64,000 nt of DNA, from the NCBI GenBank assembly GCA_040954595.2, contig CM082580.2, forward strand, positions 12,042,909-12,106,908, written 5' to 3'. A program made the translations under genes and the position numbers. This document shows, one piece after another, positions 41,164 through 54,200 of this stretch. Source of the DNA: Balanoglossus misakiensis. Its lineage: Eukaryota; Animalia; Hemichordata. Position 1 is the stretch's first letter, and every line of letters starts with the position of its first letter. The notes under the pieces are model-generated. The model saw nothing but the letters and a program-made list of their open reading frames with translations. It did no database searches and was not told the origin of the DNA.

Positions 41164-43857
41164 GAAAGCAACTTCTGAACCCAACAAACATCAACAAAAT
41201 GAAAAATGGCAAAGATGTCACTCTTTTGGTATAGAAAGGGGAAAGGAATATAGGTAGCCTGTTATAAGTTATGCTTTCAGTGGGTAAAAGAGCCTCATTT
41301 CTCAAGGGTCTATGGTCTACTAAAATACAATGTAAGTAAAGTCTAGTTGAAAGATGCTGGTAGAATTTTTTCCTATTTGTTGGCAAACTAAAACACATTT
41401 ATATGTATATGTACCCTAAACCTTAATATGAAAAAAGCTTTTTGAAAGGAATTTTGACCAACCATTTTATCAGTCATATCACAACCAATAACATGAAAAA
41501 CTGTCTGCATGCAGTGTTTTCCAGTCGACAAGATTGAAATTTATTACGTTTATTCCAATCTTCTTCAATTATTTCTTGGGAGTTCAATATTTTGCATGTC
41601 TAGAGAGTCATTTATTTATGTTTATCTGGTGAGTTCATTAGTTACAAAACCTTCAGAGATGGTCTTTCAATAAGCATGTCAGCTTAGAACTCACTGTTTA
41701 TATATTGTCCATATTAGCTTACATTTCAATAAGCCATGATGTGACAATTGTTTGTATATTTTTTTCTACTGCACATACATGTATTTATTGTCGTCATCAT
41801 CAATGACTCCCTTGGAAAGTTACAGATTTTTCATGTTATTGCCAAATGCCTTGACTAAGAACCCATCATTAGTACAAATCTCAGATCCATAAAGTAGTAT
41901 ATTTTGATATTTTATTTGATACATATCATGTGGTATGGTAAGATATAAACATTTCAGAGATTTGCTGGTTGCTGGTTATTTTGAATGGATCTTTAGCTGA
42001 ATAAGAGGTGATAGCTAGAATGTATTCTGGGTGAATGGTCAAGTTTAGTTTTTATTGTATGTCAATGCAAGGGCCTCAGAATCCATGACACAAGAAGGCG
42101 AGATTCATGACTTCAAGGAACAATACAAAGCCCATAAAGAAATGTGGTATAAAGATGAACAATACAATCTCAGTTGAGCAACTGATATGTATTTGTTTTG
42201 CTCTGGACCAAAGACTCCAGTCAGTTACAAGTTGTACAATAAGTAACAATTCTTTTACTTAGTTTTTTTCTTTAATCAAATGGTAAAGTTTGTATTTTAA
42301 ATACACAATTAAGAGCACATCATGACACTGAAATGCAGGCTACTCATGTGATATTTTAAACTGGAATAAAGACATTTTCTCTTTAAATTTGTCCTCCCCA
42401 ACACAGTTGATTTGCTTTTGAGTTCATTTAAATGCAGCTTTGAGCTCTTTATATTTCCTTTTTAATTTTAATTTGACTCAAGTGACGAGTGAACATGAGA
42501 AAATCCGACTTATTCCTAACCAGTGTGAAGGTGACCTTGTAACCATTTATTGTACACTCATCACATGGGGGCGCTATATATTAAATGCGTGCTGGTGATC
42601 ATCGCGACCCGACCTACATTGTGATTTATATATGACCTACAATCCGCTATCCTTTGGTAGACTGTAGACAATATATATCAGAGAACATTTGTATCTGTCG
42701 CCTTGCCTAAGCCCGGGTTCCAACATCGCTTAATTTATAAGGACGCAGCTGGTCGCGGCAGGATAGCCTCATACACCGGTCTCAGGTAATGCGCAGCTCA
42801 GGCACTGCACGTATATACGAACAGGTAAAGGTGTGAATAGGGTTTTGTTTTTGTTTCTTTTACATTGTAAACGACATTATAATTTGCATTAATGGTAGTA
42901 ATATACAATATTAGAATTTGGGTTTTACACACCAGAGAAGAATAACGTCAATAATTGGCAGCGTGTGATGAAGAAGCCACTGGTTTAGTTAGTCTATAGA
43001 ATCCAGACTCTAGTGTTTTCTATGCTGTGACAGTGTGGAGCAATAAGCAAGACAAAAACCATGGGACTGGATTAATATATTCTAGACTACTGGTCAGCCA
43101 AATCGACCGTCACTCGATGTAAAAGTTACAGAAAAGTGTGGAACTTAAGGAAAACTTTGTGGTTGGTATAAAGTGAAAATTTGATTTATTGGAATTAAAC
43201 ATATTAAACAAGAATTAAAGATGTTTATACTGAACAAATTAAATTTTCACCAATTTCAATTCTAGATCTGTGCTGTTATTTATGTTTAAACTTATATAAA
43301 AATTAATAATTTTATGGAAATTTCCAAAACATGAAGGTCGAGCTACAAACGTTATCTCATGTACAGTCGATGCATGCTAAATTGTCCTTGAGTCTTAATT
43401 TATATTAGGTCCATAGATCAGTGTTATTATAGCCATCACAGCTCCAATCTCTGTGAGTGTAAAGTCCACTTTGTTTAACAGCAGTATATTAACCAAAAAC
43501 CCACCCTCAGTACCCTCCCTTGCACACATTACTTGTTACAGTTGCTTGCTCATCAAAAACGGATCCAGGTAATTTCAACAAATTTCTAAAATTTTGCCCA
43601 TTCTGACATTTTTTATACAAGGTAAAATATATTATTGGTGATAATTTAATTGTCTGCCATTCCATTAGTACTGGTAATACCATACTATATGTATTAGTTT
43701 TAATCAATGTTCTACTTATTTTCCAGAATGAACTAGTTTTTTTGTCTGTGATACATATACCTCGTACTACACCGGACACTGCAAATAAGATTTTCACACT
43801 TTTTGCTCAGTTTCAGTACAGCTATTCTTTCATAATATTTTGTTTTAAAATAACAGC

Positions 43858-46800
43858 ATGGCTACAGCAGTAGCAGTCAGCGAAAAGACATTTCAGTACC
43901 AGGACAGTCTCCCATCACTACCAGTACCACCACTACAGCAAAGTCTGGACAAGTATTTAGAATCAGGTAGGGCTCATTAACGAAAAATTTGTAATAAATG
44001 AAAAATTGCCAATTCTGCAATTTTGCATCCATGGTTTTTCTGCAGACAGTAGTGAAGTTTATCTGACAATATAAATAAAGCCACAATTTGACATTTAGAA
44101 TAATTTGGAAAATTGTCCTGTCAGCAATTTTTTATTAAGTCAGCATTTTTTTACTGAAACCTTAGCAAGACCAAGCATGTCTTAAAAATAAATGTAGTTT
44201 TTTCTTTATAGTAGCTTTAGATTTCTTATGAAATCGATGTGTCCATACACTGTCTTGAGTGACTGTCTTTGCATATAGAAAGTGGCCACTGTCTATGCTT
44301 TGCAGCATATTTGTATCATCAGAGGTAAACTTGGGCAATCGCTCAATAGTTGCGATATGACTGCTGCAAAAGAGTGTTTTGTAGGTGTGGCTTGATTATT
44401 CAACAGAATATAGAAATTTCTGCAAGAAAAGTGTCTTAAAGCCTACACTCATGGATGGAAAACAAAGAATTTATTTACTTCAGCTTTTCGTTTTAAGAGA
44501 CCGGACTTTACCCTTTATGATCCAAAGTCCAAAAGTTCACCCAAGGAATCAGTCTGAGCATTAACAAATGATATAGGGCAGCGTTCAATTTATAATTTCA
44601 GTAAAACCATTTGTGACGGAAGAAGAATACAAATACACTGAGAAAGTTGTCAAAGAGTTTGGAGATGGAATTGGAAAAGAACTTCAAATTAAACTGGAGG
44701 AAAGAGCTCAAACACACAGAAACTGGGTGAGTTGTTTTATAGAATACATTGCAATCATGATTATAAAATGTTCCGATATAAAGTATCATGCTAAAAGTGG
44801 CAGATTGGAGCTTTAAAATTAATCTAAAAAAAATATTGACTGGCCAAGGTTCAAATCATAGTTTGCTTGATTTACAGCTTGAAGATTGGTGGGAACTGTT
44901 AGCATATATGTCGTCCAGAGCCCCTTCTGCAATCAATGTCAATTTTGGTGGACCCTATCCATTCCATGAAGATGTTTGGCCAATAAAATATGGCACCCAA
45001 CTGGAAAGGATGGCCAACTTGCTGTGGGCCTATACTCAGGTCTGGTTGACATTCAGAAGGTATGTCATCTACATTTTGTCAAAATAATTTGTTTTACAAT
45101 AACGTACTGCCTGTACTTTTTTTTATCTCAGCCGTTTGATTTGAACGGAAAGATGCAATCACTGGTTCTTATTTTCTTTTCTCAGGGAAGAATTACCAGT
45201 TGACAAAGCCAAAGCAATTGGTGATAAACCAGTATGTATGGATCAATATCGGAGTATTTTCAATTCATGTCGCATTCCAGGTGTGGAGTCTGACTCTCTT
45301 CTCAGAAACTTCAGAACTGGTATGTTAATAGTTAAATTTTCTTGAATCATAAATAATTTGGTCAGATAATAAACTTAGGGACAGTCTGTGGTTAGGATTA
45401 ATGGAGTTTCACAGAAACTGCATCTGATAAACTCAACAAAAATACTTTTAAAAAGTGGTCAAAGGTTATGAGGAGCTTTAATTAGAAATATACTTGTATT
45501 ATTTCTAAGAGTCATAGTTTACTAAAATTCAATGTTTTCTCCACAGAATCTGAGGGGCCATGTTCAGGGACTGTGGCTGTCTTCAGGAATGGCCATATTT
45601 TCAACTTGGATGTCGTTGATAAGAATGGTGATGCGATTACTCCACCCGAGCTTGAAAAGTAAGTACAGATAACAATCATGCACTCACTTATTGTTTTCAT
45701 TCAAGAATCTGTAATCAAAGAATTCGCTCCAGACATTTTCCTAATATTTGGACACACGTCAACATTTCATGACCGATTGACAACTGAATATTTGTCCAAT
45801 GTGAGATGTTATTTGGATAAACAAGGTAACTTGAAGGTAAACTATTCAAAACAGCAGAATTTTTTTTTCATTATGCCCTGACTGTACACATACAAATCAA
45901 GGGAGAAATGAGCATAAATTGTAAATTTCCTGTAGTGATTGTGCGTTTGAAATATGAATGTTACAGGCAGTTGGCAAACATCAAAGCCCGGTGTGATGAT
46001 CGACCTGCTGGTCCTGGTGTTGGTGCCCTCACTGCATGGGATAGAACATCCTGGGCACAGGTCAGTTACACCCCTCATTGCATTGTATGTGTTGTGATAC
46101 TTATGCCATCCACAATCAACCAGCTGGATATTATTAAAAGTTGTCTGGTAAACCAACTCCTTTGTACTTGCAAATCAGACTGTTTACTTTCGGCAACAAG
46201 GATTCAAAACAAAGACAACAGGAATAATTAAACCACAAAGAGAAATGAGTTCAATAGAAAGAAGCATACATCATAAAAAAAATGTTCTTCTTTAATTGGT
46301 GCAAGTTCTTGAATCAAATGAGGCAAGCATACCATTGGAACAGATATTGTGTCTAATTCATATATTGTTTTCAATGTTGAACTTGTAGTCGAGGGAACAC
46401 CTAATCAATATTGATCCGGAGAACAAGAGGTTCTTGGAGGCCATACAAAATGCAATTGTCTGTATCTCGATGGACATGGACAACACTCCAACAACCAGTG
46501 AACAGGTAGGAGAAGACAATTAACATGCCATATGTCTTGATGATGAGCAAATCAGCCCCTTCCTTCATTCAAGAATCATGGCAATTAAGTGCCAATTAAG
46601 TTGAGGTTGAAACAATGTCAATACACAAGCAGTGCAGTCTTTGTGAATGTTTTCTGTATCTCGATGTGTATCCATCATTTTATGTAATTCATTATCCTAT
46701 TTCTGGATCTATTCTAATCTAATTTATATTATGTTGTAGTTGGGAACATTAATGATGTGCGGTTATGATGTCTTCAACCGATGGTTTGATAAATTTGCCT

Positions 46801-49292
46801 TCTTGGTCATTCATTCCAATGGACTTTCAGGCTGCAATTGTGATGTGAGTTTCTGTATCTTGTGAAATTTGAACAAGATTTGGGAAAATTTCGTAAAATG
46901 TCCATTCAAGCTGTCCAGGATATGAAATCGCTTACTGTTTATAGATGACAAATCTGTGAATATGCGTGAAATGAATCACAAACTAAAAAAGACAGCATAA
47001 GTGAATATTTAGCCTGTTTTATATACCAGAGAGTTCAATGAGTTTTTCTTATCTTTAAAATATTGACATTGTACTTTGTCTTGCCTTCTCAGCATGCACC
47101 ATGTGATGCCATCGTTGCCGTGGTGACAGCCTTACAGGTTCATAACTTACTGAGAAAAATTAAAGGCAAATGGCAGGTGAGTTGTCTGCTGGTGGGATGA
47201 AAGAAGGGGAATTTTGTCTAGGATTTTGGATGTGGATAACGGATAACATGGTGAATGCAATAATGAAAACACTGGATTGAAGCTTTGGGGTATGAACATA
47301 TTGCAAGAGGTTTTGATTGGACTGTTGATTGACTATGGTTCCGAGGCCAATTTGACCATTGCTGTATGGCCAAACTCGTATCAGATAGGCTTATAGCTGC
47401 CAAAGCATTATCATTCAGGGAACAATTTGTTGCACAAAATGACCCCAAATTACCAGGGTCAACCCATTTTCTGTACAGGGAACACCACCACAAAGAACGC
47501 TACCACCTGCTGAGGAATTGAAGTTTACAGTTGATGACAAGATATTAAGAGACATCAAAGAGTCATCTGAGCAGTACTTCAAAATGGTAATGATAAATGA
47601 ATTGTTCAACTGTATATTTCAGTTGAATCTGCCTATCTTTTCAAATAAAAAATATACTTATCTCTATAACAATAAAACTGCAAAGCTTTGCGTCTTTTGT
47701 TCTGTAGATATTTTGCAAATTCGCACAACATTGGTTTCATTTTCTTTCAAAATGGATGTGAATTGTGAATCCTAGCTGCTAAATGGGAAATCAAAGACAC
47801 TCAGAGAAATAATGCATTTTGTTATCTGTTTCAGGCGGATAACATGGATATGGTTATTCAGAAATTTAATTCGTTCGGAAAGAAGATTATGCGTCAGTTC
47901 AAAATTCACCCTGATACCACCATGCAACTGATCTTGCAGTTAGCCTACTATAGGATGCATGGCAAGTATGTATGGTCACTCTTTTTTGACATTATTTTGG
48001 TCATTTTAGTTTCTTCTGTTCTTCTTATTGAAATATGCTGAACTACCGCTTGTTGTGGCTCAACTTGGGTCCTTTGTATGGACATAACACACGAATACTT
48101 CCACCACTTAATTCCTGTCATATATGGTGTACATTTTCCAAGTTTCCAGCCTAAGTATTTGAGATGTTCAAATCTCTTAGGTATGATCTGATGACTTCAG
48201 CCTTATAATTCTTTCATCACCGATCTGTGTCTTTCCTCTACCCAGACCAGCCCCAACCTACGAGACATCCACAACCAGGCAATTCTATCATGGACGAACT
48301 GAAACCGTGAGGTCATGTACAATGGAGGCACTGGAGTGGTGCAAAGCTATGCAGGATCCAAAAACCTCTGTGAGTGATGGCTGCATTTGTTTCAATTTGC
48401 TACGGTAGTATACAACAAAACCAAGGAACAGCCATACAGTGCCAAGAAAATAGAGTCTTTATGAAATTCCTGTAAAAGGTTCACTAGATTTGTTTTTATT
48501 CCTTCCCATCAGGTGTCGAAGAAGATGGAGTTGTTTCAAGAAGCTGCAGCTAAGCATAACCAGATGATGTTTGATTGCGTCAACGCCCAGGGTTTTGATA
48601 GACATTTGCTTGGATTGCAATATTTGGCAGCAACCACTGGCAGTCACATGCCAGACATGTACTTGGATTCGGCTTGGACTAAAAGGTAAGATCATATTAA
48701 TAACATAAATACGCAGAGAATAAACTTGCCCAATACACACTATCAAGCTTCTTTGATAGCAAGGGTCTATTGATTGGGCTTCGTCATTGGAACAAAATGG
48801 ATAGGTTTCTATTATTCCATGAACATTCATAATTAATAAGCATACAAAACTGTCAACGTTACAAACTTTGTTTTTCTTCGCAGTGGAGGAAATGGAAACT
48901 TTGTTTTGTCGACAAGCTTGGTTGGTTACACATCAATAACAGGTTGTTTTGCTCCGATGGTTCACAATGGCTATGGCGTAACCTATGCAATAGAAGACCA
49001 TAGGTAAGAATTTGAGAGATTTATATTTATATCCCTAGTCCAGAATAAAACGTCACACACAGATTACTACTGTGATGTGTGGAAAAATAATATATACCTT
49101 CAGTGTTCTTCCACAATCTCTATTTCTCATATTTGCCTGATTAATAACTTTCTACATTTTACCTTTTGTAGGCTCACTATTGGAGTAACAGCTTGGCGGG
49201 ACAACCCAGAGACAGATGCACACAAGTTCTATAGCACAATTGTTGAAACCTTATATGAAATGAGGTCTTTCCTCATGGACGCGAAACTATAA
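43858..49292 (+). CDS. CROT: Carnitine O-octanoyltransferase paralog 2, multi-exon, C-terminal PTS1 (AKL)
   Basis: Same exon layout as paralog 1; CD|HAPCDA; [18 protein letters not shown]; GFDRHLLGL; [11 protein letters not shown]; APMVHNGYG; ends MDAKL*. Probable non-coding first exon with donor near 42786. Confidence 0.92.
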
Positions 49293-50281
49293 AATGTTAG
49301 AATTTTTGTACTCCAGTGTGTTTGTGTGGTTTTTAAAATTAAAGTCCTAAAGATCATTTAAGTATTGTTTTTAGGTTACCACGATTCATGTCTGTTTGCT
49401 TCATGGAACGTATACTTCTACATGATATGTAAAACTTTGTCGCTGAGTGTTTTTATAGAATGTCAAATGTTTCCAAGGCCATCTCAATCTTTCATTTGAA
49501 CATTTTAAATAGAGAAAAAAAGATATGAGAACTGTAGCTGTTATGTCGCAGTAGTTTTCAGAAGCTGAAAGAATATTCAACCCATTTCACCAGATAAGTT
49601 CCAAGATATCTTTGAATGTTTTACTCTGATAATCACCTACACCCTTTTTCCTTTCAAAATCTGCTTTTTTTCTGACAAATTCTAAATCTTATATTGTGTG
49701 ACTGATTCTCCCAGTAGGGGATGTGCAATGATTGATTGTTAAACATTTCTTAAATGTGCTTGGTGTCTGTCCAGGCTACGTAAACCATATCTTCCATCTT
49801 CAATATAGTAGTTCATTAGCTTCTGTATTCCTGTATGTTTTTTTTCAATTTGCTTTCTTTTTAGACTTTTCTGATGATCAGAAATGTCTCTGCATGTGCA
49901 ACAACAATGCAACAGTTTTTGTTTGTTTTTTACTTTGTGTGTAAATCAATCAATGCAGTTATAATAGCCGTACTATGCAATACAATGCAATTTAATGCAA
50001 TGCAAATTGTGGACATTCAGCCATGAATGTTTCATTCAGGAAAAAATAATGGGGCAGGGAAAAAGAATACTTTTGAAATAAGTGTTGAAATTTTTCGTGA
50101 ATTTTTATGTCAATTATGTTGAGAAAATTAAAGGCCGACGTTTTAATGAAATTTTCACATGTCTGCAGTTATTCTTGTTTCAGTGTGTTGTTAAAAAGAA
50201 ATGTTCAACCAGTTGACACTGGTTAGAAGGAGGGGTGTGACTGCATTGCAATTAATAAAAATATGTGAGCTCCATGCTAGG

Positions 50282-50421
50282 CCATGTGATCGTCACGTGG
50301 GTGGGGCGACTTCAGGACACAAGGCGGGGTCATACGAGGTCACCCGACGTCAGTAACGAGAAGTTGTTGTTTTGCGATCGCGTTATATGGTCCAATTTTG
50401 ATGGTAGTCTACTCAAAATCG
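50282..50421 (+). promoter_or_regulatory. Probable promoter and non-coding first exon of the zinc-module gene
   Basis: CpG-rich patch with E-boxes (CATGTG, TCACGTG), GC boxes (TGGGGCG, AGGCGGGG) and a CRE-like GACGTCA, followed by a G|GTAAGT donor at 50421/50422. Confidence 0.5.
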
Positions 50422-51230
50422 GTAAGTTCTTTTGTATAGTAGGCCTGATATGTTGTTTACAACCGTTACAAAGTGTTGTTCGAGCGGCCGTATGGTTTGG
50501 TCTTCGAATTTTGATGATCTGTCGCGGTCTGTACCTGTGCACATCTGCAGTCTTTCGATAACGTTGGTCTGTGTGTACTCGCCAGCTCATGAGCATTTGA
50601 CACATTTTACGCCCATTACTCTGCGTCAACACTCAAAGCGTTTTCAAATTACATTTCCATGGGAAAACATACGCAACATGGGGTCTGTTGGGCAGACTGT
50701 GACAAGTTTATTACCAATTGCGCAAACTATTTTCAATTTGAAACAAAATGGCGACAGATGAGCTTTGTGGGTGTGTTGTGAAGGAGGAAGTTAAACATTG
50801 TCCGAGGATTTATGGTTGAACTATTATTTTATTGAGACTATCGCACTCTTTTCTGGGGTCTGTTTGAACAAATCCTTTCACGCCACACGGTTATCAATTA
50901 ATTCGTGCACTTTTGGTGGAAATTTAATCATTATTCCCCATTGCAAACTAAAGTGAAAGCAGTAAAAGCACAGCCAGTCCTGACCATGCAGGTTGTAGTG
51001 CGCAGGCGCGCGCGAAGGGAATTCCCCTTTCCCCAACCAATAAACATACAGTGACAGCTGCAGTTCCTCCACCCAGACAAATGTTATCACTTTGCATTAT
51101 GCAGTATGCATGGTATGCTGTTGACAAGTATATTCATTGAACAATTTTTGAAGTTATCTTTGTATATTGGTTATTTTCAGAATTTACCATTCTATACTTA
51201 AAGTGATCACAGTTTACTAAGTTGTCCAAG

Positions 51231-54200
51231 ATGCCAAAGCAAGGGTACAAAAAGGTAAGCCCAACTGTTCAGTCTGATAGAATTTTATCATGAGTTAGAA
51301 AGTACCACAGTTTTTACTGACAATTTTGTAAATATTTTTTACTGTTCAGGAAATTAAGAAAAGCGTACAAGAGAAAAAACAGGTGAAAAAGGTAAGTATT
51401 AAAGCCGCAAAAATTCTGCTTCAAAACATACATTATTGTTGACATAACATGCTTTGTTGAATCACATATTGTACAGCATAAGAAAATAGCTTGCTTTTGT
51501 TAGATACGTCTCTGGTTTAACAAGGAAAATAAGTTGTTCTTGGCCATCCGAAAGACTATTGTAACCTGATGCTAGCTGTATAACATTGAACCCTTCCCAA
51601 ATACCGCAGACATGATCGTCATTTCATATTTTCTGAGACTGTGTACTTCATACAATGCTCTAAATTTGTATTAAGTTTATACAAGGGATTGAGAAATACA
51701 GTATGATGAAAGTATGGTATTTCTTTACACAGCACGTATCAATTGTTAAAAATGTGGAAGAACTGTCCGAGAATTTACCGAAGGATGGGACAAAATACTG
51801 TTGCCCATTGTGTCCAACTTCCAAATTTAAACCAGCATGGCCAAGTAAAGTGAAGAAACATCTCAAATCACACGATCATGATATAGTATTGAAAGGTAAG
51901 AATTTCTGATTCTCCTACACTAAGAGATAAAATACACATTCTCACAAAAATAAAATATAATGTGTAATGTGGCTGTCTGGTGTAAATAAATGTAAGTGAC
52001 AATGATTTTCATAGCACAGAAAATGTATGAGGTGTGTTACATGCACAATAAAGAATTGGGAATCTGAAATGTTCTTATTTACTTGAAATGAAAGGTCATG
52101 TATGGATATATCATTTTGCATGAAGTCTCATGTTCAGCTTAACGTCTTGTTTGTTTAATTGTAGAGTTGAATCTGAGCGTTCTTGCCTGTCATCTTGTTG
52201 AGTGCCGTCATAAGAAGAAAGACAAACACGCCCATTATCACTGTTTGTGTGGAAGAACAGTGGCCAGAAAGGATGGGTTTTATACTCATTGGGAGACTTG
52301 TTCACAACAGATATCATTCAGTAAGTAATTTTGTAATAGGTGATATTTCAGAATTAACAATCTGACCGTCTCTGTTTATGTAAGTCAATCACATGAAATT
52401 TCCATGTGCGTATTTCAATAAATGACATCCTGGATTTTCAGGAGACAGCTTGTGCTTTGAAGTCGCGGTAAATGTATGAAAATTTACTCTCCTAAAAGTG
52501 AATGTACACAATGCAAAATCTGAAAAATAATAACAATTTGTGATTGGTGCTTACCTTTGTGATTTTTCACTCTAACAGTTTTCATGTTATCTTTCAGAAC
52601 CAGAGGTCCAAGATTACAGTGGATTTGAGAATCTTGTTGACAGTGGTGTTTATGATTCAAGTCTTAATAGCAGTATAATGATGAGCTTGGAAAGCGGTAG
52701 CTTTGAAGAAACAGAAAGTTTCACCAGTGAAATGGAAGCCGGATTAAGTGACATTTTTCAAGTACTTGACTTGAAGCAAGAACTGAGTCTTTCTGCCGGT
52801 ACTCAAGAAACTTGTGAACCAGATATTTCACAATTCCAAGTTAGTGTTCTCCCAGTGGAAGAAAGTGAACCAAGTTATCAGGAAAGCCACAATCTATCAT
52901 TGATGAAAGGAAAACCAGTAAGTATTTCATGTTTTACAAATTTTGAAAGCTGATAAAATACTGTTTTTCATTTTGTTGTCATGTGGTCGGTATATTAGAG
53001 TTGTACAAATAATCAAAAAAATTATTCTTTTTGAAAAGGCAACAGTGTCACAACTATTTGTTTACTTGTGGCCTGCACATCTGTTTTCCTGCACCAATAG
53101 GTCAAGTGGAAAGAGAGTACATGTATTTTCGGCTGCCTCTCACTCTCAGTGCAATAACTGTATTCTGTCCATATAGGTACAAACGCTGGGGTACAGTCAA
53201 GAACAGACCAATCAAACCAACCCTGTACCAATCCATCCTACACACTCTGAACACACTGAGCAGTTTGGGAAGGATGTGTTTCATCAATCTGTCAGTTTTA
53301 AAGACAACATACTAAACCAAGTAAGTCAGATTTCGTTGAAATTTCATTTTTTTGTCATATGTCTGAATATGACAAAAAAAATAAGATTTTAACGGAGCCA
53401 ATCCAAGACCAACCCAGATCTAATTGGCCGTTTCATCCTGATTGTAACAACCCAAGGTCATTGCAGTGTAAGCTAATCAGGAAAACTGTTAATTTGTGCT
53501 GTAATTCTGTTTCCTCCCAGTTTGATGCATATGGTCCTGACAACAGTGAGAAAGTGGAAGCAGGCATGGCACCAGAGATGATGCCTGATTGGCAAGACTA
53601 TGATTTTCAGACAAAAACGTTGCAAGGTAAACACTCTCAATTTGTTGAGATTCATAAAAATATTGTCAAAACTGGTGGACTTTACTGACAGCAATTGTTA
53701 TTTATATTCCAGTGGACGGTTCCTTAAACCACAAACTCAGTCAACTGAAAAGTTTTCACATCAGAAAAGAAAATAGATGATTCAAATATACTACCAGAAG
53801 TAGTGCTAAATACGAAAACGAGGTCCCATTGCACCCAATGATTTGTAGTCATAATGACGTCATTACAGTGCCCTCTTGTGGCAAAGGCTGTCAAATCCAG
53901 TGTCTCGGACCTCATGTATTAATTGTTGAAATGTCATAACATGGTTTACTGATGATCATTTGCACATATCTTTTATAAACATCCAGATTACGATTCTTAT
54001 CTTTCTGATGTGGTTGATGATCTGAAGCAGAAGGAATTAAAAAAAGACCCTCCTGAACATTGTGTAAGTTGATTGAGGGAACTAGATAAGAAAAGTTGAA
54101 ATGTTCAACATTTAAATATAGTTTTTCTTTAATCATGTATGTATATTTTGTATGCTTTTTTTATAAACTGCACATGGAGTTTGAAAAGTTACAGAACTTA

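Noticed and set aside
42990-43090. Weak inverted repeat (TAGTCTATAGAATCCAG ... CTGGATTAATATATTCTAGACTA)
   Set aside because: Too degenerate, and no clear TSD, to call a MITE without a genome-wide search.
52442-52467. Possible 26-nt micro-exon in the zinc-module gene
   Set aside because: It has AG/GT ends but would shift the frame; the flanking exons join in frame without it. It could be a poison exon, but there is no evidence.
53712-53779. Alternative terminal exon for the zinc-module gene (VDGSLNHKLSQ...*)
   Set aside because: Possible, but the downstream chain of four phase-matched exons is better supported; RNA data are needed.
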